This document shows, piece by piece, positions 1-14,600 of a stretch of DNA of 64,000 nt. Source of the stretch: Nemertoderma westbladi. Taxonomy: Eukaryota > Animalia > Xenacoelomorpha. Each line of letters begins with the position of its first letter. Within the stretch, counting starts at the first letter, position 1. Where the stretch lies: positions 76,519 to 140,518 of the forward strand of contig JAUCBJ010000052.1 of NCBI GenBank assembly GCA_032718475.1, read 5' to 3'. Position numbers and translations under genes: made by a program. The notes beneath the pieces are model-generated. The model saw only the letters and a list, made by a program, of their open reading frames with translations, had not been told where the DNA came from and searched no databases.

Positions 1-648
1 CATTGTACACCGACTTTGCGGATGACATCGCCCTGCTCTTTAATGAAATGACAGCTTCTACTGAATAAAGTGGAGAGGGCTGTTAAGGAGGTTAGATTGC
101 ATATAAATGCTACCAAGACAGAATTCATGACTTTTTATGTTGATGGAAAGTTGATAACAAACGATAATAATAATCAACTAAGGAAAGTTGACGACTTTCT
201 GTACTTTGGGTCATGTGGATAGAAGAGAGAGAGAAGTTAGGAAAGCAAAGGCACGGGTGGCTCTATCAAAAATGACTATCTGGATATCAGACCAGACCTT
301 TCCAGGTACCAGAAGATTAAGTTCTTTCGAGCCACAGTGGAAAGTTTACTTTTATACGGCAATACGGTGAAACCTGGACACTGATGAAATCACTCGAACA
401 ACGAATTGATGAAACGCACATTAAGATTCAGTGGGCACTGCTGGATAAGTAAACATGAGGTCATACCAGATCTACTTCTGTCAGTCAACCAACACAAGGA
501 AAATGTAGCCGTGGACGACCGCCTATGACATAATAGACCAGCTTGAAAGAAACACTGAACTTGAGAGAAACGAAATTATGGAGAATCGGGAAGCCTGGAA
601 TGATCTCATTTCCACTGTCCGAGTTCGCACGATCTAGTAGTAGTAGTA
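1..648 (+). mobile_element. Decayed 3' part of an RTE-clade non-LTR retrotransposon (RT fragment)
   Basis: Starts with GACTTTGCGGATGACATCGCCCTGCTC (DFADDIALL, RT catalytic motif). Also has GLHINATKTEFM, VDDFCTLG and FFRATVES-like segments in broken frames, and ends in a (TAG)n tail at ~635-648. Confidence 0.8.
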
Positions 649-704
649 ACTAATAACTAAATAAAATTATATTTTTTATAAATATATATCACTACAGTTA
701 TATA

Positions 705-1164
705 TAGGGTTGGTGAGCGAAAAACTTGTTGGGCTAGAAACAATTTAATAAGGGGTAGCAATGTGCCCTGAATCGAGTGGCGGGGTGTGCTTTTTGTAAA
801 AACGTGAGGAAACGTTCGAAATTGCGAGATTAATTATGCGCGGAAAGCCAATTTTGAAAATCGACTGTGATTGGCTGTTACAGATTTGACGTCACTACGC
901 AGCGCTCCATTAATTTTTTATCTTGGTTTCTATGGACAGCGATTTTCTATCCATTTAAATACACATTTAATCTCAATCATTTCACAAGTGGCTTATCTAT
1001 TGAAAGCGGAAAGTCTGGTGCTTCTTTTGACACTATAATTAATTCAATTCATGTTGAAGAACATTGATAATAATGTTTGTACATGTTTGTAATTATTCTG
1101 TTCACAATTGTAAGCCTTGATTCAAATGTTTTTAGCCCAACAATTTTTTCGTGCACCATCACTA
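705..1164. mobile_element. MITE-like non-autonomous DNA transposon, hAT-like termini
   Basis: Imperfect ~40-bp terminal inverted repeats: TAGGGTTGGTGAGCGAAAAACTTGTTGGGCTAGAAACAATTT versus the reverse complement of the right end, TAGTGATGGTGCACGAAAAAATTGTTGGGCTAAAAACATTT. No clear TSD. Confidence 0.55.
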
Positions 1165-2368
1165 CTGTAATACAATTTGCATTAAGATCGCATTATAATG
1201 TTAACTTACCGATGACCAACAGCCATTGCCGAGGATAAATTCGATGTAATTTTGTTGGGTTGTACGCGGGACCAATCGGATGCATGTATATTTAGCGAAC
1301 CAAATTCTGGCTAACTCAACGGGCAAAATAAGGTCTGGGTTGATGGATCCAAAGGTAACTGGTACAACCCAATTCTGGAATAATGTATTAAATAAATGAG
1401 GAACAATTCTTGAATTTACTACAAAAATTAATCTACGTAATTAACCGCTCAGTCCATGAAAATTAATGTTTTGTTAATTAAATATGCAGCACATATTAAT
1501 TTCCAGCCTTTTAAATAAAATAACATTTAATTTACCGCTGCTGGCTGTAACATTGAGTATTCATTCACATGAATTATTTATCAATATCAGAAATGGTTTT
1601 TATACATCACTCGAAATCTGCACCAGTAGGCCTAGTTGGAATTTTAGCATTTTGTATTTAATTAGTAGATTTAGTATTATTTGTACTATTCAATTTGGTC
1701 GGATGTTCACAAAAGTGTGAGCTTGACAATAATACTTATACTATTATAGGCCTACGTTTAAAAACTATAATAAGATTGTTTATATCGGCGTTGGTTCTAT
1801 TTCAATGCACTGCTATCATACTGTACAGTGTGCTGGACAGTATTAAAATGTTGTTTTGGTTTATTAGTGGCGGATCAGAACCTAAGCCTGTGCGTTTCGT
1901 CGAATTATCAACGTTCGTTTCGTTGATAACAATAACAACAAATTTGTAAATTCTAATTACATTTACACGAAATTGTAAAAAAAACTGACCCCACTTTCAT
2001 CTTTGTAAACCATCCAACGACCATTCAAGTAGCTGCTGGTCCCTCGATTATTAATGAGCTCGGTAATAATTTTTTTGGTTTCTGGTGTCAGTTTTATATC
2101 GCCCTATAATATAAGACATAATATTATCAGTGCTTACCTGTTTGGCTACCAACTATACAGGAAATGTGAATTATTGTTGAATATTATAGTTGAATTAATT
2201 CTGTACGTACTACTTGCATGCAGGGCACACTTTACATTTACCATGTATACTGTAGGAATTGTTCAATATATCTTAATCTTATCTTATCTTATCAAATATC
2301 AATCATTTGCTACGAACTTTGGTATGATGATAGTTCGACAACTTTACGTACTTCTGACATAAAATCTT

Positions 2369-2640
2369 AATAATAATAATAATAATTAAGCAGTTATTAT
2401 TAGAGCGCCCTAACTCCATGAAGTCAGATTCGAAGGCGCTGGGAAAGGATAGAGGAATAATTTAATTGAGTGTTACTGGAAGGCCCTGTTGAATAGTTCA
2501 GTTTTTAGACCACGACGGAAGGTAGTGAGATCGGCTGCAGTTCTGCGGGATGATGGTAAGCTATTAAAGACGACAGGTGCTGAGTAAGAGAAGGAGCGAG
2601 TACCAAAGGATACTAGGTTGTAATGGGGTATTTTTATTAA
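2369..2640 (-). mobile_element. 3' end of an L2/CR1-group LINE (ORF2 C-terminus, 3' UTR stem-loop, (ATT)n tail)
   Basis: Minus strand encodes IPHYNLVSFGTRSFSYSAPVVFNSLPSSRRTAADLTTFRRGLKTELFNRAFQ*, matching the L2/CR1 ORF2 end pattern G.R.FS..AP..WN.LP...R....F+..LKT.LF. This is followed by AGCGCCTT...AGGGCGCT (stem-loop, ~2404-2440) and an (ATT)n tail at ~2369-2386. Confidence 0.85.
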
Positions 2641-5600
2641 AAATGACGGGTGCTGAGTAAGAGAAGGAGCGAGTGCCAAAGGATACTAGATTGTAATGGG
2701 GTATTTTTATTAAAAACGATAGGTGTTGAGTAAGAGAAGGAGCGAGTGCCAAAGGATACTAGGTTGTAACGGGGTATTTTTATTAAAAACGATAGGTGTT
2801 GAGTAAGAGAAGGAGCGAGTGCTAAAGGATACTAGGTTGTAATGGGGTATTTTTATTAAAAACGATAGGTGTTGAGTAAGAGAAGGAGCGAGTGCCAAAG
2901 GATACTAGGTTGTAACGGGGTATTTTTATTAAAAACGATAGGTGTTGAGTAAGAGAAGGAGCGAGTGCCAAAGGATACTAGGTTGTAACGGGGTATTTTT
3001 ATTAAAAACGATAGGTGTTGAGTAAGAGAAGGAGCGAGTGCCAAAGGATACTAGGTTGTAACGGGGTATTTTTATTAAAAACGATAGGTGTTGAGTAAGA
3101 GAAGGAGCGAGTGCCAAAGGATACTAGGTTGTAACGGGGTATTTTTATTAAAAACGATAGGTGTTGAGTAAGAGAAGGAGCGAGCGCCAAAGGATACTAG
3201 GTTGTAATGAGGTATTTTTATTAAAAACGATAGGTGTTGAGTAAGAGAAGGAGCGAGCGCCTAAGGATACTAGGTTGTAATGGGGTATTTCTGTTAAAAA
3301 CGATGGGTGTTGAGTAAGAGAAGGAGCGAGTGCCAAAGGATACTAGGTTGTAACGGGGTATTTTTATTAAAAACGATAGGTGTTGAGTAAGAGAAGGAGC
3401 GAGTGCCAAAGGATACTAGGTTGTAATGGGGTATTTTTATTAAAAACGATAGGTGTTGAGTAAGAGAAGGAGCGAGTGCCAAAGGATACTAGGTTGTAAC
3501 GGGGTATTTTTATTAAAAACGATAGGTGTTGAGTAAGAGAAGGAGCGAGTGCCAAAGGATACTAGGTTGTAATGGGGTATTTTTATTAAAAACGATAGGT
3601 GTTGAGTAAGAGAAGGAGCGAGTGCCAAAGGATACTAGGTTGTAACGGGGTATTTTTATTAAAAACGATAGGTGTTGAGTAAGAGAAGGAGCGAGTGCCA
3701 AAGGATACTAGGTTGTAACGGGGTATTTTTATTAAAAACGATAGGTGTTGAGTAAGAGAAGGAGCGAGTGCCAAAGGATACTAGGTTGTAATGGGGTATT
3801 TTTATTAAAAACGATAGGTGTTGAGTAAGAGAAGGAGCGAGTGCTAAAGGATACTAGGTTGTAATGGGGTATTTTTATTAAAAACGACAGGTGTTGAGTA
3901 AGAGAAGGAGCGAGCGCTGAAGGATACTAGGTTGTAATGGGGTATTTTTATTAAAAATGACGGGTGCTGAGTAAGAGAAGAAGGAGCGAGTGCCAAAGGA
4001 TACTAGATTGTAATGGGGTATTTTTATTAAAAACGACAGGTGCTGAGTAAGAGAAGGAGCGAGTGCCAAAGGATACTAGATTGTAATGGGGTATTTTTAT
4101 TAAAAACGACAGGTGTTGAGTAAGAGAAGGAGCGAGTGCCAAAGGATACTAGGTTGTAATGCGGTATTTTTATTAAAAATGACGGGTGCTGAGTAAGAGA
4201 AGAAGGAGCGAGTGCCAAAGGATACTAGATTGTAATGGGGTATTTTTATTAAAAACGACAGGTGTTGAGTAAGAGAAGGAGCGAGCGCCAAAGGATACTA
4301 GGTTGTAACGGGGTATTTCTATTAAAAACGATAGGTGCTGAGTAAGAGATCGAGCGAGCACCAAACCATACTAGGTTGTAATGGGGTATTTCTATTAAAA
4401 ACGATAGGTGCTGAGTAAGAGATGGAGCGAGCACCAAAGCATACTAGGTTGTAATGGGGTATTTTTATTAAAAATGACGGGTGCTGAGTAAGAGAAGAAG
4501 GAGCGAGTGCCAAAGGATACTAGATTGTAATGGGGTATTTTTATTAAAAACGACAGGTGTTGAGTAAGAGAAGGAGCGAGCGCCAAAGGATACTAGATTG
4601 TAATGGGGTATTTTTATTAAAAACGATGGGTGCTGAGTAAGAGAAGGAGCGAGTGCCAAAGGATACTAGGTTGTAACGGGGTATTTTTAGTAAAAACGAT
4701 GGGTGCTGAGTAAGAGAAGGAGCGAGTGCCAAAGGATACTAGGTTGTAACGGGGTATTTTTATTAAAAACGATAGATGTTGAGTAAGAGAAGGAGCGAGT
4801 GCCAAAGGATACTAGGTTGTAACGGGGTATTTTTATTAAAAACGATAGATGTTGAGTAAGAGAAGGAGCGAGTGCCAAAGGATACTAGGTTGTAACGGGG
4901 TATTTTTATTAAAAATGACGGGTGCTGAGTAAGAGAAGAAGGAGAGAGTGCCAAAGGATACTAGATTGTAATGGGGTATTTTTATTAAAAACGACAGGTG
5001 TTGAGTAAGAGAAGGAGCGAGTGCCAAAGGATACTAGGTTGTAATGGGGTATTTTTATTAAAAATGACGGGTGCTGAGTAAGAGAAGAAGGAGCGAGCGC
5101 CAAAGGATACTAGGTTGTAATGGGGTATTTTTATTAAAAACGATAGGTGTTGAGTAAGAGAAGGAGCGAGTGCCAAAGGATACTAGGTTGTAATGGGGTA
5201 TTTTTATTAAAAATGACGGGTGCTGAGTAAGAGAAGAAGGAGCGAGCGCCAAAGGATACTAGGTTGTAATGGGGTATTTTTATTAAAAATGACGGGTGCT
5301 GAGTAAGAGAAGAAGGAGCGAGCGCCAAAGGATACTAGGTTGTAATGGGGTATTTTTATTAAAAACGACAGGTGTTGAGTAAGAGAAGGAGCGAGTGCCA
5401 AAGGATACTAGGTTGTAACGGGGTATTTTTATTAAAAATGACGGGTGCTGAGTAAGAGAAGAAGGAGCGAGCGCCAAAGGATACTAGGTTGTAATGGGGT
5501 ATTTTTATTAAAAACGATAGGTGTTGAGTAAGAGAAGGAGCGAGTGCCAAAGGAAACTAGGTTGTAACGGGGTATTTTTATTAAAAACGATAGGTGTTGA

Positions 5601-8600
5601 GTAAGAGAAGGAGCGAGTGCCAAAGGATACTAGGTTGTAACGGGGTATTTTTAGTAAAAACGATGGGTGCTGAGTAAGAGAAGGAGCGAGTGCCAAAGGA
5701 AACTAGGTTGTAACGGGGTATTTTTATTAAAAACGATAGGTGTTGAGTAAGAGAAGGAGCGAGTGCCAAAGGATACTAGATTCTAATGTGGTATTTTTAT
5801 TAAAAACAACAGGTGCTGAGTAAGAGAAGGATCGAGCGCCAAAGGATACTAGGTTGTAACGGGGTATTTTTTATTAAAAACGATGGGTGCTGAGTAAGAG
5901 AAGGAGTGAGTGCCAAAGGAAACTAGGTTGTAACGGGGTATTTTTATTAAAAACGATAGGTGTTGAGTAAGAGAAGGAGAGAGTGCCAAAGGATACTAGG
6001 TTGTAACGGGGTATTTTTAGTAAAAACGATAGGTGTTGAGTAAGAGAAGGAGCGAGTGCCAAAGGATACTAGGTTGTAACGGGGTATTTTTATTAAAAAC
6101 GATAGGTGTTGAGTAAGAGAAGGAGCGAGCACCAAAGGATACTAGGTTGTAACGGGGTATTTTTTATTAAAAACGATGGGTGTTGAGTAAGAGAAGGAGT
6201 GAGTGCCAAAGGAAACTAGGTTGTAATGGGGTATTTTTATTAAAAATGACGGGTGCTGAGTAAGAGAAGAAGGAGCGAGTGCCAAAGGATACTAGATTGT
6301 AATGGGGTATTTTTATTAAAAACGACAGGTGTTGAGTAAGAGAAGGAGCGAGCGCCAAAGGATACTAGGTTGTAACGGGGTATTTTTATTAAAATCGACA
6401 GGTGTTGAGTAAGAGAAGGAGCGAGCGCCAAAGGATACTAGGTTGTAACGGGGTATTTTTATTAAAAACGACAGGTGTTGAGTAAGAGAAGGAGCGAGCG
6501 CCAAAGGATACTAGGTTGTAACGGGGTATTTTTATTAAAAACGATAGGTGTTGAGTAAGAGAAGGAGCGAGTGCCAAAGGATACTAGATTCTAATGTGGT
6601 ATTTTTATTAAAAACAACAGGTGCTGAGTAAGAGAAGGATCGAGCGCCAAAGGATACTAGGTTGTAATGGGGTATTTTTATTAAAAACGATAGGTGTTGA
6701 GTAAGAGAAGGAGTGAGTGCCAAAGGAAACTAGGTTGTAACGGGGTATTTTTAGTAAAAACGATAGGTGTTGAGTAAGAGAAGAAGGAGCGAGTGCCAAA
6801 GGATACTAGATTGTAATGGGGTATTTTTATTAAAAACGATGGGTGTTGAGTAAGAGAAGGAGTGAGTGCCAAAGGAAACTAGGTTGTAATGGGGTATTTT
6901 TATTAAAAATGACGGGTGCTGAGTAAGAGAAGAAGGAGCGAGTGCCAAAGGAAACTAGGTTGTAACGGGGTATTTTTATTAAAAACGATAGGTGTTGAGT
7001 AAGAGAAGGAGCGAGTGCCAAAGGATACTAGATTCTAATGTGGTATTTTTATTAAAAACAACAGGTGCTGAGTAAGAGAAGGATCGAGCGCCAAAGGATA
7101 CTAGGTTGTAACGGGGTATTTTTTATTAAAAACGATGGGTGCTGAGTAAGAGAAGGAGTGAGTGCCAAAGGAAACTAGGTTGTAACGGGGTATTTTATTA
7201 AAAACGATGGGTGCTGAGTAAGAGAAGGAGTGAGTGCCAAAGGAAACTAGGTTGTAACGGGGTATTTTTAGTAAAAACGATAGGTGTTGAGTAAGAGAAG
7301 AAGGAGCGAGTGCCAAAGGATACTAGATTGTAATGGGGTATTTTTATTAAAAACGACAGGTGTTGAGTAAGAGAAGGAGCGAGTGCCAAAGGATACTAGG
7401 TTGTAATGGGGTATTTTTATTAAAAATGACGGGTGCTGAGTAAGAGAAGAAGGAGCGAGCGCCAAAGGATACTAGGTTGTAATGGGGTATTTTTATTAAA
7501 AACGATAGGTGTTGAGTAAGAGAAGGAGCGAGTGCCAAAGGATACTAGGTTGTAATGGGGTATTTTTATTAAAAATGACGGGTGCTGAGTAAGAGAAGAA
7601 GGAGCGAGCGCCAAAGGATACTAGGTTGTAATGGGGTATTTTTATTAAAAATGACGGGTGCTGAGTAAGAGAAGAAGGAGCGAGCGCCAAAGGATACTAG
7701 GTTGTAATGGGGTATTTTTATTATAAACGACAGGTGTTGAGTAAGAGAAGGAGCGAGTGCCAAAGGATACTAGGTTGTAACGGGGTATTTTTATTAAAAA
7801 TGACGGGTGCTGAGTAAGAGAAGAAGGAGCGAGCGCCAAAGGATACTAGGTTGTAATGGGGTATTTTTATTAAAAACGATAGGTGTTGAGTAAGAGAAGG
7901 AGCGAGTGCCAAAGGAAACTAGGTTGTAACGGGGTATTTTTATTAAAAACGATAGGTGTTGAGTAAGAGAAGGAGCGAGTGCCAAAGGATACTAGGTTGT
8001 AACGGGGTATTTTTAGTAAAAACGATGGGTGCTGAGTAAGAGAAGGAGCGAGTGCCAAAGGAAACTAGGTTGTAACGGGGTATTTTTATTAAAAACGATA
8101 GGTGTTGAGTAAGAGAAGGAGCGAGTGCCAAAGGATACTAGATTCTAATGTGGTATTTTTATAAAAAACAACAGGTGCTGAGTAAGAGAAGGATCGAGCG
8201 CCAAAGGATACTAGGTTGTAACGGGGTATTTTTTATTAAAAACGATGGGTGCTGAGTAAGAGAAGGAGTGAGTGCCAAAGGAAACTAGGTTGTAACGGGG
8301 TATTTTTATTAAAAACGATAGGTGTTGAGTAAGAGAAGGAGAGAGTGCCAAAGGATACTAGGTTGTAACGGGGTATTTTTAGTAAAAACGATAGGTGTTG
8401 AGTAAGAGAAGGAGCGAGTGCCAAAGGATACTAGGTTGTAACGGGGTATTTTTATTAAAAACGATAGGTGTTGAGTAAGAGAAGGAGCGAGCACCAAAGG
8501 ATACTAGGTTGTAACGGGGTATTTTTTATTAAAAACGATGGGTGTTGAGTAAGAGAAGGAGTGAGTGCCAAAGGAAACTAGGTTGTAATGGGGTATTTTT

Positions 8601-11600
8601 ATTAAAAATGACGGGTGCTGAGTAAGAGAAGAAGGAGCGAGTGCCAAAGGATACTAGATTGTAATGGGGTATTTTTATTAAAAACGACAGGTGTTGAGTA
8701 AGAGAAGGAGCGAGCGCCAAAGGATACTAGGTTGTAACGGGGTATTTTTATTAAAAACGACAGGTGTTGAGTAAGAGAAGGAGCGAGCGCCAAAGGATAC
8801 TAGGTTGTAACGGGGTATTTTTATTAAAAACGACAGGTGTTGAGTAAGAGAAGGAGCGAGCGCCAAAGGATACTAGGTTGTAACGGGGTATTTTTATTAA
8901 AAACGATAGGTGTTGAGTAAGAGAAGGAGCGAGTGCCAAAGGATACTAGATTCTAATGTGGTATTTTTATTAAAAACAACAGGTGCTGAGTAAGAGAAGG
9001 ATCGAGCGCCAAAGGATACTAGGTTGTAATGGGGTATTTTTATTAAAAACGATAGGTGTTGAGTAAGAGAAGGAGCGAGTGCCAAAGGAAACTAGGTTGT
9101 AACGGGGTATTTTTAGTAAAAACGATGGGTGCTGAGTAAGAGAAGAAGGAGCGATTGCCAAAGGATACTAGATTGTAATGGGGTATTTTTAGTAAAAACG
9201 ATGGGTGCTGAGTAAGAGAAGGAGCGAGTGCCAAAGGAAACTAGGTTGTAACGGGGTATTTTTATTAAAAACGATAGGTGTTGAGTAAGAGAAGGAGCGA
9301 GTGCCAAAGGATACTAGATTCTAATGTGGTATTTTTATTAAAAACAACAGGTGCTGAGTAAGAGAAGGATCGAGCGCCAAAGGATACTAGGTTGTAACGG
9401 GGTATTTTTTATTAAAAACGATGGGTGCTGAGTAAGAGAAGGAGTGAGTGCCAAAGGAAACTAGGTTGTAACGGGGTATTTTATTAAAAACGATGGGTGC
9501 TGAGTAAGAGAAGGAGTGAGTGCCAAAGGAAACTAGGTTGTAACGGGGTATTTTTATTAAAAACGATAGGTGTTCAGTAAGAGAAGGAGCGAGTGCCAAA
9601 GGATACTAGGTTGTAACGGGGTATTTTTATTAAAAACGATAGGTGTTGAGTAAGAGAAGGAGCGAGTGCCAAAGGAAACTAGGTTGTAACGGGGTATTTT
9701 ATTAAAAACGATGGGTGCTGAGTAAGAGAAGGAGTGAGTGCCAAAGGAAACTAGGTTGTAACGGGGTATTTTATTAAAAATGATGGGTGCTGAGTAAGAG
9801 AAGGAGTGAGTGCCAAAGGAAACTAGGTTGTAACGGGGTATTTTTATTAAAAACGATAGGTGTTGAGTAAGAGAAGGAGCGAGTGCCAAAGGATACTAGG
9901 TTGTAACGGGGTATTTTTATTAAAAACGATAGGTGTTGAGTAAGAGAAGGAGCGAGTGCCAAAGGAAACTAGGTTGTAACGGGGTATTTTTATTAAAAAC
10001 GATAGGTGTTGAGTAAGAGAAGGAGCGAGCGCCAAAGGATACTAGGTTGTAATGGGGTATTTTATTAAAAATGACGGGTGCTGAGTAAGAGAAGGAGCGA
10101 GTGCCAAAGGAAACTAGGTTGTAACGGGGTATTTTATTAAAAACGACAGGTTTTGAGTAAGAGAAGGAGCGAGCGCCAAAGGATACTAGGTTGTAACGGG
10201 GTATTTTTATTAAAAACGACAGGTGTTGAGTAAGAGAAGGAGCGAGCGCCAAAGGATACTAGGTTGTAATGGGGTATTTCTATTAAAAACGACGGGTGCT
10301 GAGTAAGAGAAGGAGCGAGTGCCAAAGGATACTAGGTTGTAACGGGGTATTTTTATTAAAAACGACAGGTGTTGAGTAAGAGAAGGAGCGAGTACCAAAG
10401 GATACTAGGTTGTAATGGGGTATTTTTATTAAAAACGACAGGTGTTAAATAAGAGAAGGAGCGAGTGCCAAAGGATACTAGATTGTAATGGGGTATTTTT
10501 ATTAAAAACGACAGGTTTTGAGTAAGAGAAGGAGCGAGCGCCAAAGGAAACTAGGTTGTAACGGGGTATTTTATTAAAAACGATGGGTGCTGAGTAAGAG
10601 AAGGAGTGAGTGCCAAAGGAAACTAGGTTGTAACGGGGTATTTTTATTAAAAACGATAGGTGTTCAGTAAGAGAAGGAGCGAGTGCCAAAGGATACTAGG
10701 TTGTAACGGGGTATTTTTATTAAAAACGATAGGTGTTGAGTAAGAGAAGGAGCGAGTGCCAAAGGAAACTAGGTTGTAACGGGGTATTTTATTAAAAACG
10801 ATGGGTGCTGAGTAAGAGAAGGAGTGAGTGCCAAAGGAAACTAGGTTGTAACGGGGTATTTTATTAAAAACGATGGGTGCTGAGTAAGAGAAGGAGTGAG
10901 TGCCAAAGGAAACTAGGTTGTAACGGGGTATTTTTATTAAAAACGATAGGTGTTGAGTAAGAGAAGGAGCGAGTGCCAAAGGAAACTAGGTTGTAACGGG
11001 GTATTTTTATTAAAAACGATAGGTGTTGAGTAAGAGAAGGAGCGAGTGCCAAAGGATACTAGGTTGTAACGGGGTATTTTTAGTAAAAACGATGGGTGCT
11101 GAGTAAGAGAAGGAGCGAGTGCCAAAGGAAACTAGGTTGTAACGGGGTATTTTTATTAAAAACGATAGGTGTTGAGTAAGAGAAGGAGCGAGTGCCAAAG
11201 GATACTAGATTCTAATGTGGTATTTTTATTAAAAACAACAGGTGCTGAGTAAGAGAAGGATCGAGCGCCAAAGGATACTAGGTTGTAACGGGGTATTTTT
11301 TATTAAAAACGATGGGTGCTGAGTAAGAGAAGGAGTGAGTGCCAAAGGAAACTAGGTTGTAACGGGGTATTTTTATTAAAAACGATAGGTGTTGAGTAAG
11401 AGAAGGAGAGAGTGCCAAAGGATACTAGGTTGTAACGGGGTATTTTTAGTAAAAACGATAGGTGTTGAGTAAGAGAAGGAGCGAGTGCCAAAGGATACTA
11501 GGTTGTAACGGGGTATTTTTATTAAAAACGATAGGTGTTGAGTAAGAGAAGGAGCGAGCACCAAAGGATACTAGGTTGTAACGGGGTATTTTTTATTAAA

Positions 11601-14600
11601 AACGATGGGTGTTGAGTAAGAGAAGGAGTGAGTGCCAAAGGAAACTAGGTTGTAATGGGGTATTTTTATTAAAAATGACGGGTGCTGAGTAAGAGAAGAA
11701 GGAGCGAGTGCCAAAGGATACTAGATTGTAATGGGGTATTTTTATTAAAAACGATAGGTGTTGAGTAAGAGAAGGAGCGAGTGCCAAAGGAAACTAGGTT
11801 GTAACGGGGTATTTTTATTAAAAACGATAGGTGTTGAGTAAGAGAAGGAGCGAGTGCCAAAGGATACTAGGTTGTAACGGGGTATTTTTATTAAAAATGA
11901 CGGGTGCTGAGTAAGAGAAGAAGGAGCGATTGCCAAAGGATACTAGATTGTAATGGGGTATTTTTAGTAAAAACGATGGGTGCTGAGTAAGAGAAGGAGC
12001 GAGTGCCAAAGGAAACTAGGTTGTAACGGGGTATTTTTATTAAAAACGATAGGTGTTGAGTAAGAGAAGGAGCGAGTGCCAAAGGATACTAGATTCTAAT
12101 GTGGTATTTTTATTAAAAACAACAGGTGCTGAGTAAGAGAAGGATCGAGCGCCAAAGGATACTAGGTTGTAACGGGGTATTTTTTATTAAAAACGATGGG
12201 TGCTGAGTAAGAGAAGGAGTGAGTGCCAAAGGAAACTAGGTTGTAACGGGGTATTTTATTAAAAACGATGGGTGCTGAGTAAGAGAAGGAGTGAGTGCCA
12301 AAGGAAACTAGGTTGTAACGGGGTATTTTTATTAAAAACGATAGGTGTTCAGTAAGAGAAGGAGCGAGTGCCAAAGGATACTAGGTTGTAACGGGGTATT
12401 TTTATTAAAAACGATAGGTGTTGAGTAAGAGAAGGAGCGAGTGCCAAAGGAAACTAGGTTGTAACGGGGTATTTTATTAAAAACGATGGGTGCTGAGTAA
12501 GAGAAGGAGTGAGTGCCAAAGGAAACTAGGTTGTAACGGGGTATTTTATTAAAAACGATGGGTGCTGAGTAAGAGAAGGAGTGAGTGCCAAAGGAAACTA
12601 GGTTGTAACGGGGTATTTTTATTAAAAACGATAGGTGTTGAGTAAGAGAAGGAGCGAGTGCCAAAGGATACTAGGTTGTAACGGGGTATTTTTATTAAAA
12701 ACGATAGGTGTTGAGTAAGAGAAGGAGCGAGTGCCAAAGGAAACTAGGTTGTAACGGGGTATTTTTATTAAAAACGATAGGTGTTGAGTAAGAGAAGGAG
12801 CGAGCGCCAAAGGATACTAGGTTGTAATGGGGTATTTTATTAAAAATGACGGGTGCTGAGTAAGAGAAGGAGCGAGTGCCAAAGGAAACTAGGTTGTAAC
12901 GGGGTATTTTATTAAAAACGACAGGTTTTGAGTAAGAGAAGGAGCGAGCGCCAAAGGATACTAGGTTGTAACGGGGTATTTTTATTAAAAACGACAGGTG
13001 TTGAGTAAGAGAAGGAGCGAGCGCCAAAGGATACTAGGTTGTAACGGGGTATTTTTATTAAAAACGACAGGTGTTGAGTAAGAGAAGGAGCGAGTACCAA
13101 AGGATACTAGGTTGTAATGGGGTATTTTTATTAAAAACGACAGGTGTTAAATAAGAGAAGGAGCGAGTGCCAAAGGATACTAGATTGTAATGGGGTATTT
13201 TTATTAAAAACGACAGGTTTTGAGTAAGAGAAGGAGCGAGCGCCAAAGGAAACTAGGTTGTAACGGGGTATTTTATTAAAAACGATGGGTGCTGAGTAAG
13301 AGAAGGAGTGAGTGCCAAAGGAAACTAGGTTGTAACGGGGTATTTTTATTAAAAACGATAGGTGTTCAGTAAGAGAAGGAGCGAGTGCCAAAGGATACTA
13401 GGTTGTAACGGGGTATTTTTATTAAAAACGATAGGTGTTGAGTAAGAGAAGGAGCGAGTGCCAAAGGAAACTAGGTTGTAACGGGGTATTTTATTAAAAA
13501 CGATGGGTGCTGAGTAAGAGAAGGAGTGAGTGCCAAAGGAAACTAGGTTGTAATGGGGTATTTTTATTAAAAATGACGGGTGCTGAGTAAGAGAAGAAGG
13601 AGCGAGTGCCAAAGGATACTAGATTGTAATGGGGTATTTTTATTAAAAACGACAGGTGTTGAGTAAGAGAAGGAGCGAGCGCCAAAGGATACTAGGTTGT
13701 AACGGGGTATTTTTATTAAAATCGACAGGTGTTGAGTAAGAGAAGGAGCGAGCGCCAAAGGATACTAGGTTGTAACGGGGTATTTTTATTAAAAACGACA
13801 GGTGTTGAGTAAGAGAAGGAGCGAGCGCCAAAGGATACTAGGTTGTAACGGGGTATTTTTATTAAAAACGATAGGTGTTGAGTAAGAGAAGGAGCGAGTG
13901 CCAAAGGATACTAGATTCTAATGTGGTATTTTTATTAAAAACAACAGGTGCTGAGTAAGAGAAGGATCGAGCGCCAAAGGATACTAGGTTGTAACGGGGT
14001 ATTTTATTAAAAACGATGGGTGCTGAGTAAGAGAAGGAGTGAGTGCCAAAGGAAACTAGGTTGTAACGGGGTATTTTTATTAAAAACGATAGGTGTTGAG
14101 TAAGAGAAGGAGCGAGTGCCAAAGGATACTAGGTTGTAACGGGGTATTTTTATTAAAAACGATAGGTGTTGAGTAAGAGAAGGAGCGAGTGCCAAAGGAA
14201 ACTAGGTTGTAACGGGGTATTTTTATTAAAAACGATAGGTGTTGAGTAAGAGAAGGAGCGAGCGCCAAAGGATACTAGGTTGTAATGGGGTATTTTATTA
14301 AAAATGACGGGTGCTGAGTAAGAGAAGGAGCGAGTGCCAAAGGAAACTAGGTTGTAACGGGGTATTTTATTAAAAACGATGGGTGCTGAGTAAGAGAAGG
14401 AGTGAGTGCCAAAGGAAACTAGGTTGTAACGGGGTATTTTTATTAAAAACGATAGGTGTTGAGTAAGAGAAGGAGCGAGTGCCAAAGGATACTAGGTTGT
14501 AACGGGGTATTTTTATTAAAAACGATAGGTGTTGAGTAAGAGAAGGAGCGAGTGCCAAAGGAAACTAGGTTGTAACGGGGTATTTTTATTAAAAACGATA

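Noticed and set aside
867-2362. Short plus-strand ORFs of 60-100 aa
   Set aside because: AT-rich, no recognisable motifs, mostly non-ATG starts; consistent with chance ORFs. A small host exon cannot be excluded.
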